This document shows positions 1 through 10,189 of a DNA stretch of 64,000 nucleotides, piece after piece; positions within the stretch are counted from its first letter, which is position 1, and each line of letters starts with the position of its first letter. The DNA lies in NCBI RefSeq assembly GCF_003315205.1, contig NZ_QNRR01000013.1, forward strand, positions 131,959 through 195,958. Direction: 5' to 3'. Made by a program: the position numbers and the translations under genes. Origin of the DNA: Roseimicrobium gellanilyticum. Its GTDB lineage: Bacteria > Verrucomicrobiota > Verrucomicrobiia > Verrucomicrobiales > Verrucomicrobiaceae. The notes below the pieces were generated by a model. That model was not told the origin of the DNA and did no database searches. It worked only from the letters and a program-made list of their open reading frames with translations.

Positions 1-120
1 CGCCCGGATCTAAGCCAGCCAGTGGTGGAGTGGGTATTGAAGTTCATGCAGCGCGACCCCAATGAGCGGCATCAGTCGGCCGTGGAGGCGTTGCAGAGCT
101 TTGAGGAGACCCAGCGATGA
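1..120 (+). CDS. 3' end of an upstream gene; the C-terminal residues resemble the end of a Ser/Thr protein kinase catalytic domain (…VLKFMQRDPNERHQSAVEAL…). Partial; it runs off the window start.
   Basis: In-frame translation of 1-117 gives RPDLSQPVVEWVLKFMQRDPNERHQSAVEALQSFEETQR, ending at TGA 118-120. The 'KDPxxRxxSAxE' pattern is typical of kinase subdomain XI. The ATGA overlaps the next start. Confidence 0.4.
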   Translation, partial: RPDLSQPVVEWVLKFMQRDPNERHQSAVEALQSFEETQR

Positions 121-584
121 ACCACGCTTCGGCATCGGGGCCACGGAATCTGCCGAACAAGCAAAACTACCTTCGCTTCGCACTGTTCACCATTGGCCTT
201 TTCTGGGGTGTCTATGTCGTGGAGCTACTCACCCCTATTCGAGTTGGGGACGCACAACGCGATGCCATGCCGTGGATTGTTCCCGTGATCGCCACGCCCA
301 TCACGGCGCTTTGCACATGGTGGCGTTTCTGTCGCGCCGTGACCTTCGCCGCAGGTTCCGCTGAGGTCATGGCCACGGTCGCCAGGATCGGCCGGGGAGG
401 CGTGGGTGTTCACACCAGGGTCCGACTCCGCTACGACTTCAACGACCGCTCGTATGAACGGAGTGTGCCCCTTTACGATTCCGTCGTCGCCCACCTTCAA
501 GTGGGCAGCCAGATTCCCATTCTGGTATCTCGCAATTCCCCGAAACGCATCCAAGTGCCCCTGAATATGGAGTGGATGGGGTAA
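117..584 (+). CDS. Small membrane protein, DUF3592-like (two TM helices, then a beta-rich C-terminal domain).
   Basis: 155-aa ORF with hydrophobic helices (FALFTIGLFWGVYVVELL; MPWIVPVIATPITALCTWW) and a C-terminal RVRLRYDFNDRSYERSV…ILVSRNSP pattern reminiscent of DUF3592. Confidence 0.45.
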   Translation: MNHASASGPRNLPNKQNYLRFALFTIGLFWGVYVVELLTPIRVGDAQRDAMPWIVPVIATPITALCTWWRFCRAVTFAAGSAEVMATVARIGRGGVGVHTRVRLRYDFNDRSYERSVPLYDSVVAHLQVGSQIPILVSRNSPKRIQVPLNMEWMG

Positions 585-587
585 ACG

Positions 588-1679
588 TTACCGCCCCAGC
601 ACATCGGCGATCAGTGCATACGCCTTCTCCCGCACCTCATCTGGAAAGTCATGGTCGCAATCTGGATGCTCTACGGCAATCCGGTCCGCAGCATCATGCA
701 GTGCATACACACGCCGCGCGGCCTCCACCACACGGTCCACGCTCTCCCATTTGAAGTTGGAGTCCTTCAGCGGGGCATTGATCAGCACATGGCGCGGCGC
801 CAGGGCCGCGAGTAGCTCTGGAAAATCGAAGGGGATCTCTGCGAGTTTGTTCTGATAGGTTGCGAGCTTCGGCATGTAGCGCGTCTGGCACCAGCCCTTC
901 TCCAGCACCCACTTGGTAGGATCACCCCCGTAATAGTCACGATAGGAATCGAGACCACAGCTTGAGACGATGACCTGGATGCGTGGGTCGAATACGGCGG
1001 TGTACACCGAGTTATGCCCGCCTAGTGAGTGCCCGATGGCAGCATACTTGCCGTGTTTCACGAAGGGCAGTGAATCAAGCAGGTCCAGAGCGCGCATGTT
1101 ATCCCACACTGCTTTCAGGGTACCACTCCCCCACCCCAGCGCCTTGATGTCGGGCTGGTAATTTGCGAGCAGTGGATAGCTGGGGGAGATGGTGACAAAG
1201 CCACGCTCCGCGAGCTCGCTGGCGTACTGACGGTTCTGCTTGCCGCCGAGCCCCACCACCACCTTGTGGCCGACGGTGCTGTCCGTAGGATGAAGGCAGA
1301 GGACGGCAGGCGCTGGCTTGCCATTCAGAGCCGTCTTCGGGATGCACAGGTATGCGGGTGTGCGGCTTCCAGGTTCTGAGGCGTAGCTGATGAGCCGCCG
1401 TAGATACGTCCCGCAATCCACTTCCTCCTCCACTTGAACCTCGAGCGGAATGCGTTTCTCATCGCCCGGCAGCTTGCCCATGATGGCCTGCATCCCTTCC
1501 AGGATCATCTTTCGCCGGGGGTTCCATTCCACTGGTGTCGTCGCCTTGCCCCCGCCGGGCACCGCCAGTGTATTGAAGGCGTCCACGCTACGCTGGACCG
1601 TTTCGCCTCGAAGTGCCGGACCAATGCCAAGGGAACCAATGGTGGCCAGCAACAGAATCGGAAAGGGAAGTGTCCGCAT
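588..1679 (-). CDS. Secreted alpha/beta-fold serine hydrolase (esterase / dienelactone-hydrolase-like).
   Basis: GHSLGG nucleophile-elbow motif. The N-terminal signal peptide MRTLPFPILLLATIGSLG was chosen as the start, with ATG at 1679. ~360-aa fold typical of AXE/DLH-type esterases. Confidence 0.7.
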   Translation of the reverse strand: MRTLPFPILLLATIGSLGIGPALRGETVQRSVDAFNTLAVPGGGKATTPVEWNPRRKMILEGMQAIMGKLPGDEKRIPLEVQVEEEVDCGTYLRRLISYASEPGSRTPAYLCIPKTALNGKPAPAVLCLHPTDSTVGHKVVVGLGGKQNRQYASELAERGFVTISPSYPLLANYQPDIKALGWGSGTLKAVWDNMRALDLLDSLPFVKHGKYAAIGHSLGGHNSVYTAVFDPRIQVIVSSCGLDSYRDYYGGDPTKWVLEKGWCQTRYMPKLATYQNKLAEIPFDFPELLAALAPRHVLINAPLKDSNFKWESVDRVVEAARRVYALHDAADRIAVEHPDCDHDFPDEVREKAYALIADVLGR

Positions 1680-1687
1680 GAGGGAAG

Positions 1688-4600
1688 CTACGCTTCCACA
1701 ACCGGCAAGTTTTCGTCCTTGGATTCCGACGGAGGCATGATGGCATTCCACCACCGAAGAATCACCTGCCCCACGTCATTCAGCGCCATGTAGCACATGG
1801 GCACCAGGTAGAGGCAAATCACGGTGGCAAAGAGACTGCCATAACCCATGGCCACCGACACCGGCGTGAGGAACTGTGCGTGGGTGCTCTGCGCTCCCTG
1901 GCTGAAAAAGAAGGGCGCGACCTTCGCAATCCACGTGCCATCAAAGATCAAGGGTACCAGGCCGAAGAAGGTGGTGATTTGGGTGAGGAAGATGGCGCGG
2001 AATCGCGCAGCACCGCCTTCCCGCACCGCACTGAGGATGCCGTCCGTCTGCTTTCGGTGATTGATCTCATCCACCAGCACAAGGGTGTCATTCACAATCA
2101 CACCGGATACTGCCAGCATGCCGAGAATGCTCATCTGGCTCACAGGAAAGCCGTGAAAGAGATGCCCCAGTATTGCCCCCACCACCCCAAATGGGATCAC
2201 CACCAGCACCACAAAGGGAAGGAAGTAGCTCTTGAACGGGATCGCCGTGAGGCAATAGAGCCCAAAGAGCACAATGAAGAACATCACCACGCCCGCGGTG
2301 GCGCTCTCCCGCTCCGCGCGAGCCTCGCCTTCAAAGCTCCACTTCACCTGCGGATGCGAACGCATGAACTCCTCAAGATGATTGCCGATGTCTGTGCGCA
2401 GGGCCGCAAGGTCCACGGACTTCTTGTCCACATCCGCAGTGATGTTCAGCGCACGCTCGCGATTCACACGGCGGATGGCAGAAAAACCCTTGCCCACTTT
2501 CATTTCCGCCACGCGGTTGAAGGGTATCTCCAACCCATCCGTCGTGCGCACGCGCATGGTCTCCAGGGTGGAGAGGCTCCGGCGCTCATCACGCGGATAA
2601 CGCAGCATGACCTTCAGCTCATTACGCCCACGCTGGATGCGCTGCACTTCACTGCCATAAAAGGCCTGACGCACCTGACGTGCGAGGTCGCTCACAGTGA
2701 CGCCGAACTGCCGGGCCTCCGGCTTCAGGCGGAGCTGGATTTCATTCCGTCCGGTGTCGAGTGAGTCGTTGATATCAAACACACCGGGATACTTGGCCAG
2801 TTGATCTTTGATCTTGGAGGAGAGTTCCAACAACTCCGTGGGATTTGTGCCGGTGAGCTGGATATTGATGGGATCCCCTGCGCGGAAGATCTCCGAACGG
2901 AAGCTCACCTCCTCTGCTCCCACGATGGTGCCGATGCGCTTGCGCCACTCATTGGCCATGTCCACGGTATTCACCTTCATGGTGCGTTCCTCAGGGCCAT
3001 AGGTTTCGATATTCACCTCACCAATGTGCGCCTGCCCGCCGCTGCCTGAGCTGGAGGTGAGACGCGTGGTCCCGGTGGTGGCAATGATGTGCCGAATCAC
3101 TGGCGTGCCATCCGGCCCCACGTATTCCTTCCGCATCTGCTCAGCGATTTCATAGATGCGATTGATGTGCCCATCCGTCACCTCGAAGGGCGTACCCTCC
3201 AGCATGGTGAGGCGCGCCTCGATGCGCTCACTGGCGATGCGGGGAAACTGCACATACTGGATGCGCCCGCTGAAGAACATGCCGCACAGGATGGCGAGTC
3301 CACCGAAGCTGCACGCCAGCACCGTGTAGCGATGCTCCAGACAGAACCTCAGCGAGGGCCTGTAGACGCGATTCACGAACCCCTCGAGAGCCCGGTCCGC
3401 TCCGCGATGCAAGGGATCCAGCAGGTGCCCCACCTTCTCCAGTGGCCGGATGGGATGCGCGAGGTGCGCGGGGAGAATGATCTTCGTCTCCACCAGCGCG
3501 ATGAGCATCACCATGATGAACACGAGAGCAATGGGCACGAACATTTTACCCATGTCGCTGGCCTCAAAGACCATGGGGAGGAACGCCATCACCGTGGTGA
3601 GCACACCAAAGGTAATGGGCACCGCCATGCGCTTGGTGCCCTCGATCGCTGCCTGAAGAGGTGGCATGCCCTGCCTTCGCAAGGTGTCCACGTGCTCACT
3701 GATCACGATGGCATCATCCACCACAATGCCCAGCACGAGGATGAATCCGAATAGCGTGGAGATATTGATCGTGATGTCGAAATAAGGCATCAGCGCGAAG
3801 GCGCCAAGGAAGGAGACCGGCAGGCCCACGACAATCCAGAACACCGACTCCAATCGCAGGAAGAGGCCGATGCAAAGCAACACGAGGATGAGACTGCTCC
3901 GGGCATTGTCCAGAAGCAGGTCGATGCGCCCCTTCACAATCTTCGCGCGGTCATTCCAGAACTCGATGCTCACACCATCCGGCATGCGGTGGCGGGCCTC
4001 CTCGACGTACTTCTTCACATTCTCCGCGATGGTGATGGCGTTTTGGTTGCCCTCGCGCATCACATTCACCACCACACACCGTTTTCCGTTCAGGCGGGCA
4101 TAGAGGAGGTTCTCATTGAAGCCGTCCTCAATTTTGGCGATTTCGCCCAGTGTGAGCTTGGAGCCATCCGGCCGCGTGAGGACCACCACATTCGCGTAGT
4201 CGTCGCCGGTGTAAGCTCGCCCCTTGGTGCGGATGGAAACGTCTCCGGACTCCGTGCGCACGACACCCGCAGGGAGGTCGATGGCGGCATTGCGAATCGC
4301 GGAACTGATGGACTCCAGCGTGAGACCGTACTTCCGCAGCGTCTCCTCGGAGACTTCGATGGCGATCTCAAGAGGCCGTGAGCCAGCCAGTGACACGTAG
4401 GAAATGCCAGGCTGGGAGGCGAGCTCGTCCCGCACCTGCTCGCCGAGACGGCGCAGATCACGCTCGCTCATGTCCGCCGCGATCACGACGGTGATGACCG
4501 AGCGCCTTTCATCCTCCACCTGAATGACGGGCTTCTCCGCCTCTTCCGGAAACTCAGGGATGGCGTCTGTGCGAATTTTGATATCCTCCAGCACCTGTCG

Positions 4601-4903
4601 AGGGTCAAGCCCCTCCTCCACCTCGACCCAGATAGACGCTCCGCTGGACGAAGCGAGGGAGTTGATCTCCTTGATGCCTGCGACCGTTGAAATGGCCTCC
4701 TCGATCTTGACGACGATCATCTCCTCGACCTCCTCCGGGTCGGAAGCCGGGTACGGGACGTTGATGTTGACCATCCGGGAGGGGATTTCCGGGAAGACCT
4801 CCAGGGGGATCTTTTCCGCCCAAAGCGTCCAGCCGCCGGCGACAATCACTGCAAGCATCAGCAGGTTGGCGGCGACACTGTTGCGGGCGAACCACGAAAT
4901 CAT
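1688..4903 (-). CDS. RND (HAE1/AcrB family) efflux transporter permease.
   Basis: ~1070 aa with 12 predicted TM segments and two large periplasmic loops. It has the typical AcrB N-terminus (MISWFARNSVAANLLMLAVIVAGG) and the conserved ...DDAIV..E... motif. Start set to ATG at 4903. No adjacent MFP/OMF gene. Confidence 0.9.
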   Translation of the reverse strand: MISWFARNSVAANLLMLAVIVAGGWTLWAEKIPLEVFPEIPSRMVNINVPYPASDPEEVEEMIVVKIEEAISTVAGIKEINSLASSSGASIWVEVEEGLDPRQVLEDIKIRTDAIPEFPEEAEKPVIQVEDERRSVITVVIAADMSERDLRRLGEQVRDELASQPGISYVSLAGSRPLEIAIEVSEETLRKYGLTLESISSAIRNAAIDLPAGVVRTESGDVSIRTKGRAYTGDDYANVVVLTRPDGSKLTLGEIAKIEDGFNENLLYARLNGKRCVVVNVMREGNQNAITIAENVKKYVEEARHRMPDGVSIEFWNDRAKIVKGRIDLLLDNARSSLILVLLCIGLFLRLESVFWIVVGLPVSFLGAFALMPYFDITINISTLFGFILVLGIVVDDAIVISEHVDTLRRQGMPPLQAAIEGTKRMAVPITFGVLTTVMAFLPMVFEASDMGKMFVPIALVFIMVMLIALVETKIILPAHLAHPIRPLEKVGHLLDPLHRGADRALEGFVNRVYRPSLRFCLEHRYTVLACSFGGLAILCGMFFSGRIQYVQFPRIASERIEARLTMLEGTPFEVTDGHINRIYEIAEQMRKEYVGPDGTPVIRHIIATTGTTRLTSSSGSGGQAHIGEVNIETYGPEERTMKVNTVDMANEWRKRIGTIVGAEEVSFRSEIFRAGDPINIQLTGTNPTELLELSSKIKDQLAKYPGVFDINDSLDTGRNEIQLRLKPEARQFGVTVSDLARQVRQAFYGSEVQRIQRGRNELKVMLRYPRDERRSLSTLETMRVRTTDGLEIPFNRVAEMKVGKGFSAIRRVNRERALNITADVDKKSVDLAALRTDIGNHLEEFMRSHPQVKWSFEGEARAERESATAGVVMFFIVLFGLYCLTAIPFKSYFLPFVVLVVIPFGVVGAILGHLFHGFPVSQMSILGMLAVSGVIVNDTLVLVDEINHRKQTDGILSAVREGGAARFRAIFLTQITTFFGLVPLIFDGTWIAKVAPFFFSQGAQSTHAQFLTPVSVAMGYGSLFATVICLYLVPMCYMALNDVGQVILRWWNAIMPPSESKDENLPVVEA

Positions 4904-5022
4904 GAAATGGGGGCGGTGGAGCACAGACCAAACCCGTGAAACGTGAAGCGGTTTCGCGGGAAGGGAGGGGGGAGAGGTTAGTTTGCATGGTTGGGGCGAA
5001 GGGTGCAACGTCCGTGTAAGCC

Positions 5023-5247
5023 ATGACTGACGACTCAAAGCCTCCGATCATCCGGATGAATGAGCCCATCACCCTCGAAGATTGGGAGAAGGGGCGAGAG
5101 GCGCGCCGTCTGTCTGGGCTGAAAGTCGCCCCGGCATCCATTCGCCGGAAGGAAAGTTCGTCCGACAAGCGCCTCCGGGCGGCTTTTGGAGGGAAGCGGG
5201 CTCCGGTGCCGGACCAGCCCGACGAGACTCCCCCTCCCCAAGGCTGA
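5023..5247 (+). CDS. Small hypothetical protein (74 aa).
   Basis: ORF in the gap between the divergently oriented RND gene and rpe. Composition is protein-like, with no recognisable domain. Confidence 0.3.
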   Translation: MTDDSKPPIIRMNEPITLEDWEKGREARRLSGLKVAPASIRRKESSSDKRLRAAFGGKRAPVPDQPDETPPPQG

Positions 5248-5304
5248 ACTGTCAGAACGAGGCCGTTGCGATCCCTCAGGTTGTCCGCATACTGGGCGAG
5301 ACCC

Positions 5305-5979
5305 ATGGACTGCCATACGCCCCTTATCCTCCCCTCCCTGCTCGCCGCTGATTTCGCCAATGTCGCCTCTGAGGTGAAGCGCGCTGAAGATGCCGGCGCC
5401 AAGTGGCTGCATCTGGACGTGATGGACGGGAACTTCGTGGACAATATCTCCTTTGGCCCGGCCATGGTGCAGGCAGTGAGGAAGCACACGGAAATGTTCC
5501 TCGACGTGCACCTCATGATCCACCGCCCGGACCACTATCTGGACCGTTTTGTGAAAGCCGGTGCGAACAACATCAGCATCCACGTGGAAGCGGAGTACAA
5601 CACGGATGTGGAGACCACCCTGAAGCGCATCCGCTCCTCTGGTGTGCAGGCCGGACTGGTGCTGAATCCGGCAACCCCCTTTGAGGCGGTGAAACCCTAC
5701 CTCGGCATGATTGACCTGCTGCTCATCATGACCGTGGTACCCGGCTTCGGCGGACAGGCCTTCATGGAGGCGGAGACCATGCCGAAGCTTCTGGAGGCGA
5801 AAAAATATCGCGACACCCACAACCTGCGCTACCACCTGGAGGTGGATGGCGGCATCTATGTGAACACGGCCCCCATCGCGAAACGACACGGCGCCAATCT
5901 CTTTGTCTGCGGGACCTCTGCCTACGGACCGCCCGATATGAAGGTCGCCATGGAAGGACTGGCAGCCGCCGTCAGCTAA
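5305..5979 (+). CDS. rpe: Ribulose-phosphate 3-epimerase.
   Basis: LHLDVMDGNFV, DVHLMI, MTVVPGFGGQ(A)F and EVDGG motifs are diagnostic of Rpe. ~224 aa from ATG 5305. Confidence 0.9.
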   Translation: MDCHTPLILPSLLAADFANVASEVKRAEDAGAKWLHLDVMDGNFVDNISFGPAMVQAVRKHTEMFLDVHLMIHRPDHYLDRFVKAGANNISIHVEAEYNTDVETTLKRIRSSGVQAGLVLNPATPFEAVKPYLGMIDLLLIMTVVPGFGGQAFMEAETMPKLLEAKKYRDTHNLRYHLEVDGGIYVNTAPIAKRHGANLFVCGTSAYGPPDMKVAMEGLAAAVS

Positions 5980-6004
5980 CCTTTACCCGCTGCCGCTGAT
6001 TTTC

Positions 6005-7195
6005 ATGCGACTCGCCCTTTTCCTCTCCCTCCTGCTGACCACTGCAACCATCGGCGTTTCCCAGGAGGGTGAGCCGGAGGAGAGGTGGCCAGATGCCTTC
6101 AGCCGTCAGTACAAGGGGACCATCGGGGAGAAGTTGGCGATCCAGATGCAACTCGAATGCGAACCGACCCGTGGTCTGCACGGGGGCGAATATGTCTTCC
6201 GCGGTCAGTACTGGTACGAGAGTAAGGGCACGCTCATCACGTTATGGGGCAATGACGCTGGCTGGCATGAGATTAAACTGGATGAACAAATCTACGCCGG
6301 TGCGAAGAAGGGCTATGAACAGACTGGCTCCTTCAGCGGCAAGCTGAACGATGACGGCACCATCAGCGGCACCTGGAGTGATGGCGAAGGCAAGAAGAAG
6401 CTGCCCTTCACGCTGACTCCCTTCGCACCCCAGGGCTCCGCCAGGATCAAGGTGCATGCGCTGGAGTCCTCCTGGCAGGAGCGCACGACGAAAGGCCTCT
6501 CCAGCCTGGAACATACCGCGACGGTGGTGGAGGTGAGCGGAGTCAAAGGCGCGGAGAAGATCAATCAGACGCTGCGCCAATCAGTCGTGGCCACCTTCAA
6601 GGAGGCGGAGGTCGAGGAAGACGGATCCCAGGAGGAGGCATCCAAAAAGAAGAAACCGGAGAAACCCGCCACGCTGGAGGACATCAGCAAAGCGATGCTG
6701 GCAGAGCGTGATGACGACATGATCGCGAATCAGGAGAAGTGGAGCCTGAACTACATTTCCGGAGTGCGGCTGAATGCGAATGGCGTGCTTTGCACCGAAC
6801 ACATCACTTCCGACTACATGGGCGGCGCACATCCCAACAGCGTCACTGAGTTTCACACCTTCGACACGAACACCGGCGCTGAACTCACCCTGGCAGCACT
6901 CTTCAAGCCAGAGTTCTTGAAAGCGCTGCCAAAGCTTGGGGTGGAAAAGTTGCACAAGGCAGAAGGCTTGGCACCCGCTGAAGAAATTGGTCCAGACGCC
7001 GGTCTCAGCCTGGGCGAGGTAGAATACGAGGAAGGCAAGTTCACCTGGTTCCTCTCACCCGGCGGTTTTGTGGTGCACTTCAATCCCTATGAAGTCTCCG
7101 CCTATGCCCGCGGCAATGTGCAGTACACCATTCCGTGGATGGAGTTGAAACCCTGGCTCACGGAGAAGAGTCCGCTGCACAAGTTCATCCCGTAG
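6005..7195 (+). CDS. Secreted DUF4163/DUF3298 (RsiV-like, lysozyme-binding-type) domain protein.
   Basis: Signal peptide MRLALFLSLLLTTATIGVS. C-terminal …YMGGAHPNSVTEFHTFD… motif is characteristic of DUF3298. Confidence 0.65.
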   Translation: MRLALFLSLLLTTATIGVSQEGEPEERWPDAFSRQYKGTIGEKLAIQMQLECEPTRGLHGGEYVFRGQYWYESKGTLITLWGNDAGWHEIKLDEQIYAGAKKGYEQTGSFSGKLNDDGTISGTWSDGEGKKKLPFTLTPFAPQGSARIKVHALESSWQERTTKGLSSLEHTATVVEVSGVKGAEKINQTLRQSVVATFKEAEVEEDGSQEEASKKKKPEKPATLEDISKAMLAERDDDMIANQEKWSLNYISGVRLNANGVLCTEHITSDYMGGAHPNSVTEFHTFDTNTGAELTLAALFKPEFLKALPKLGVEKLHKAEGLAPAEEIGPDAGLSLGEVEYEEGKFTWFLSPGGFVVHFNPYEVSAYARGNVQYTIPWMELKPWLTEKSPLHKFIP

Positions 7196-7245
7196 TGGCC
7201 CTGGGAGCGCTGGCTCCCAGCTGGCGTCATTGTCAGCTCAGCCAT

Positions 7246-9594
7246 TCACTCCACCATCTCCACCTTCACCTCACAGGTGGAGCTGCGACCATGATCGTCC
7301 AGCACATGGAGCTTCCATGAGCCTGCCGTAGCTTTCCAGAGCAAGGATTCTGCGGGCGTGCTGCTGCCCAGGAACTTCGCTCCTGCAAACCAGAAGATGG
7401 TGCGCACACCGGCGGACGTCTCGGCTCGAAGTGGAATGACCTGCTTGCTGGAGTCATTCACCCGCAATGAATACGTCAGCCTCGGTTGTGGCGACACGAT
7501 GCGCGGGATGTCTTGTGACTGTGCGGCGCGCAGGGCCACGGTGCTCGCTTCCAACGGAGGTGCCTCACGACGCGGCACGCCTGCCAGTCGGAAGAGCGCC
7601 AGCATGTCGGGCGGCCAAAACTCATACACTTCGCGGCGCAGGTCGCGCTTACCGTCATCGGCGATGACGCGCAGGCCGGTGCCCTGGTCGATCAGCACTT
7701 CACGATGGATATCACACGGCGCGATGGGCGACTTCCCAGGAATGAACCAACCCATGCGGCAGTGCTGGCAGTGCGGTGTGGGGATTTGTCCGGATACAGC
7801 GCAGAGTTGCACTTCACGCACGCCCTCCGGTGGCACGTCGCGATGCCACGGAAGGCGCAGGCGATGGAAGATTTCGAAGAGCAGGGGTGCCGCGCATTTA
7901 CGCGCGATGAAGGAGGGATTGGATTTGCCGTTGAAGTTCCCGATCCACACCACGCACACATATTCACCGCGAATGCCTGCGGCCCAGGCATCGCGGAAGC
8001 CGTGGGAGGTGCCAGTCTTCCATGAGATGGTGGGGTCGCTGAGTCCGGCTTCCTCTTCACGTGAAGCGAGCATGCGGCGCACGAGGAAGCAGGCTTCGGG
8101 AATGAGGAGTGCGTTTCCGGAAGGGTGCGAAACAGGGGCCGCGTGAGAATAGCGCAACGCACGGGGAGTGCCATCCGTAGCCAGCATGGCGTACATGGAA
8201 GCCAGTTCTTCCATGCTCACCTCGGCGCCACCGAGGGGAAGCGAGAGGCCATAGTGGTCTGCGGGACGCGGCAGGGAGACGCCCGCCTGTTTCAGGAAAC
8301 CATAAAGGCCCGGCTCGGCCAGCTTTCGCGTGAGGGCGACCGCGGGAATGTTGCGACTTCGGAAGAGTGCATCCTCCGCGGAGATGGGACCGGTGAATTC
8401 GCGGTCGAAGTTCTCGGGGTTGTAGTCACCGAAAGCGACCTGGCCATCACGCAAGAGGCTGCGCGGGTGAAGGAGGCCCTGTTGCAGAGCGAGCGCATAG
8501 ATGAAGGGCTTCAATGCGGAGCCGGGTGAGCGGCGGGCGGTGATGCCATCGACTTGGCCTGAGATGTCCACATTCAGGAAACTGGCGGAGCCTGCATAGG
8601 CGAGCACCTCGCGAGTGGGAGCGTGCACGAGCAAGGCACAGGCGTTGGTCATACCGACCTCGCGACGCACGGAGAGATAGTCGCGAAGCGAGCTCTCGAT
8701 CTGCTTCTGCATGCCGAGATCGATGGTGGTGGAGAGAGGGGGATACTGGATGGTGCCGGGTGTCGTGGCGTCTGCCAACAAGCGGCGAGCGAGGTGTGGG
8801 GCCTCGCGGGGAGGCTTGGCTTCTGGCTGCAGGACGAAAGTGGCATCGAGTCCGTCTGCGCGCAGGCCATGAGCTTCCTGCCAACGCTGCCAGAGGCGGA
8901 ACTGGGCAGCGGCAAGGGCATCATTGCCTCCGGAGATTTTCGGTCGACGCCGCGTGGGGCTCTGGGGCAGCACGCTGAGGCTCACGGCTTCTCGTGGTGT
9001 GAGATCTTTTGCGGACTTCCCACACCAGAGCAGTGATGCTGCGCCGATGCCCTCCACGTTGCCTCCGTAGGGGGCGAGATTGAGATATGCCTCCAGGATT
9101 TCTTCTTTCGAATAGTGCCTCTCGAGTTGCAGTGCCCGCAGCATCTGGACGAATTTTCCTGAGAAGGATTTCGTGGAGAGGTCATAGCGAAGTCGCGCCA
9201 GTTGCATCGTCACGGTGGAGGCACCGCCACGTCGCGTACCCGTCACCACACCCCAGCAAGCACGGCCGAGCGACAGTGGATTGATTCCCGGGTGCGAATG
9301 GAAGTGCCGGTCTTCCAGGAGCAGTGTCGCCTCGATGAGATCCGGACTGATCTCCGCGAGTGGGGTGTGCAGACGGTAGCGGGCATCCCCAGCCAGCGTG
9401 AGATGGATTACCTTGCCGTCACGGTCGAGTAATGCGCGAGAGAAGGTGAGGCCGGGAGGGTAGAGAGCGGGTTTGGGGCAGAGGGCGTAGGCGAGGAGGC
9501 AGCCCAGCAATAATACCGCGAATCCGGCAGTCCCCTTCCGAACCCAGCGACGTTTCCAAACACTAGAACCCACTGCCCTCAGAACTCCCTTCAT
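7246..9594 (-). CDS. pbpC: Penicillin-binding protein 1C (transglycosylase + transpeptidase-like + PBP1C C-terminal domain).
   Basis: N-terminal TM anchor. The GT51 region and transpeptidase fold are recognisable. ~780 aa, typical PbpC length. ORF could extend to 9738; start chosen at MKGVLRA (ATG 9594). Confidence 0.85.
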   Translation of the reverse strand: MKGVLRAVGSSVWKRRWVRKGTAGFAVLLLGCLLAYALCPKPALYPPGLTFSRALLDRDGKVIHLTLAGDARYRLHTPLAEISPDLIEATLLLEDRHFHSHPGINPLSLGRACWGVVTGTRRGGASTVTMQLARLRYDLSTKSFSGKFVQMLRALQLERHYSKEEILEAYLNLAPYGGNVEGIGAASLLWCGKSAKDLTPREAVSLSVLPQSPTRRRPKISGGNDALAAAQFRLWQRWQEAHGLRADGLDATFVLQPEAKPPREAPHLARRLLADATTPGTIQYPPLSTTIDLGMQKQIESSLRDYLSVRREVGMTNACALLVHAPTREVLAYAGSASFLNVDISGQVDGITARRSPGSALKPFIYALALQQGLLHPRSLLRDGQVAFGDYNPENFDREFTGPISAEDALFRSRNIPAVALTRKLAEPGLYGFLKQAGVSLPRPADHYGLSLPLGGAEVSMEELASMYAMLATDGTPRALRYSHAAPVSHPSGNALLIPEACFLVRRMLASREEEAGLSDPTISWKTGTSHGFRDAWAAGIRGEYVCVVWIGNFNGKSNPSFIARKCAAPLLFEIFHRLRLPWHRDVPPEGVREVQLCAVSGQIPTPHCQHCRMGWFIPGKSPIAPCDIHREVLIDQGTGLRVIADDGKRDLRREVYEFWPPDMLALFRLAGVPRREAPPLEASTVALRAAQSQDIPRIVSPQPRLTYSLRVNDSSKQVIPLRAETSAGVRTIFWFAGAKFLGSSTPAESLLWKATAGSWKLHVLDDHGRSSTCEVKVEMVE

Positions 9595-9600
9595 CTTTGC

Positions 9601-9720
9601 CAGTGCCTTGGAACTCGCTGTCTGAAAGACAGCAGGAGCCCAGCCCAGGGTTAGGGAGCCTGAGCGACCGACACCCTGGGTATGCCAGGAACGGAATCGC
9701 GCTCTGAAAGAGCGCAGGAG
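9601..9720. repeat. Left ~120-bp inverted-repeat arm flanking the transposase. It contains two palindromic hairpins (CTGTCTGAAAGACAG; GCGCTCTGAAAGAGCGC).
   Basis: Reverse complement matches 10190-10315 almost base-for-base (e.g. GCGCTCTGAAAGAGCGCAGGAG vs CTCCTGCGCTCTTTCAGAGCGC). Confidence 0.8.
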
Positions 9721-9724
9721 ATGG

Positions 9725-10177
9725 TCAATCCCAGACATAACGTTCGTCGAATTCGACGTCGTGTTTCCTCAGGAAGGCGCGGAACTCGTCTTGAAAGGAG
9801 TGTTTTTGGTGGTGTTCGCGTTGATTGCGGATGTATTCGCTCACAGCATCCACGTTAGAGGAACTCACGGAGAAGGCTCCGTAACCGTGCTGCCAGTAAA
9901 AATCACGGAACTGGACGTGTTGTCCACGAAGCCAATTCGTGGAACCCTTCTTCAAGTCTCGCACCACATTGCTGATAGTCGCGGTCCGTGACAGGAGAAA
10001 CAACAAGTGCGCATGATCAGGCTCCGTGTTGATTTCCACGGATGAACAATCCGCCTCACGCAATACCCCACCCATGTAGTCGTGCAGCGCGGGACGGATT
10101 TCGTCCGGCAACACGCGCACGCGATCTTTCGTGGAGAAGATCAAGTGGAGGTAAACCTTGGCGAGGGACTGGGCCAT
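9725..10177 (-). CDS. tnpA: IS200/IS605-family Y1 (HUH) transposase, probably a REP-associated tyrosine transposase (RAYT).
   Basis: 150 aa. HUH motif DHAHLL. Catalytic-Tyr region FRDFYWQHGYGAFSV matches the IS200 TnpA 'W.RGY..S' signature. Local GC is clearly lower than the surroundings. Confidence 0.85.
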   Translation of the reverse strand: MAQSLAKVYLHLIFSTKDRVRVLPDEIRPALHDYMGGVLREADCSSVEINTEPDHAHLLFLLSRTATISNVVRDLKKGSTNWLRGQHVQFRDFYWQHGYGAFSVSSSNVDAVSEYIRNQREHHQKHSFQDEFRAFLRKHDVEFDERYVWD

Positions 10178-10189
10178 GACGGGGTATAC

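Noticed and set aside
62-364. 100-aa + strand ORF overlapping the DUF3592-like gene in another frame.
   Set aside because: Arg-rich, no hydrophobic core. The overlapping 117-584 frame encodes convincing TM helices and a domain-like C-terminus.
5035-5889. 284-aa minus-strand ORF overlapping rpe.
   Set aside because: Antisense to a textbook ribulose-phosphate 3-epimerase. Composition is not protein-like.
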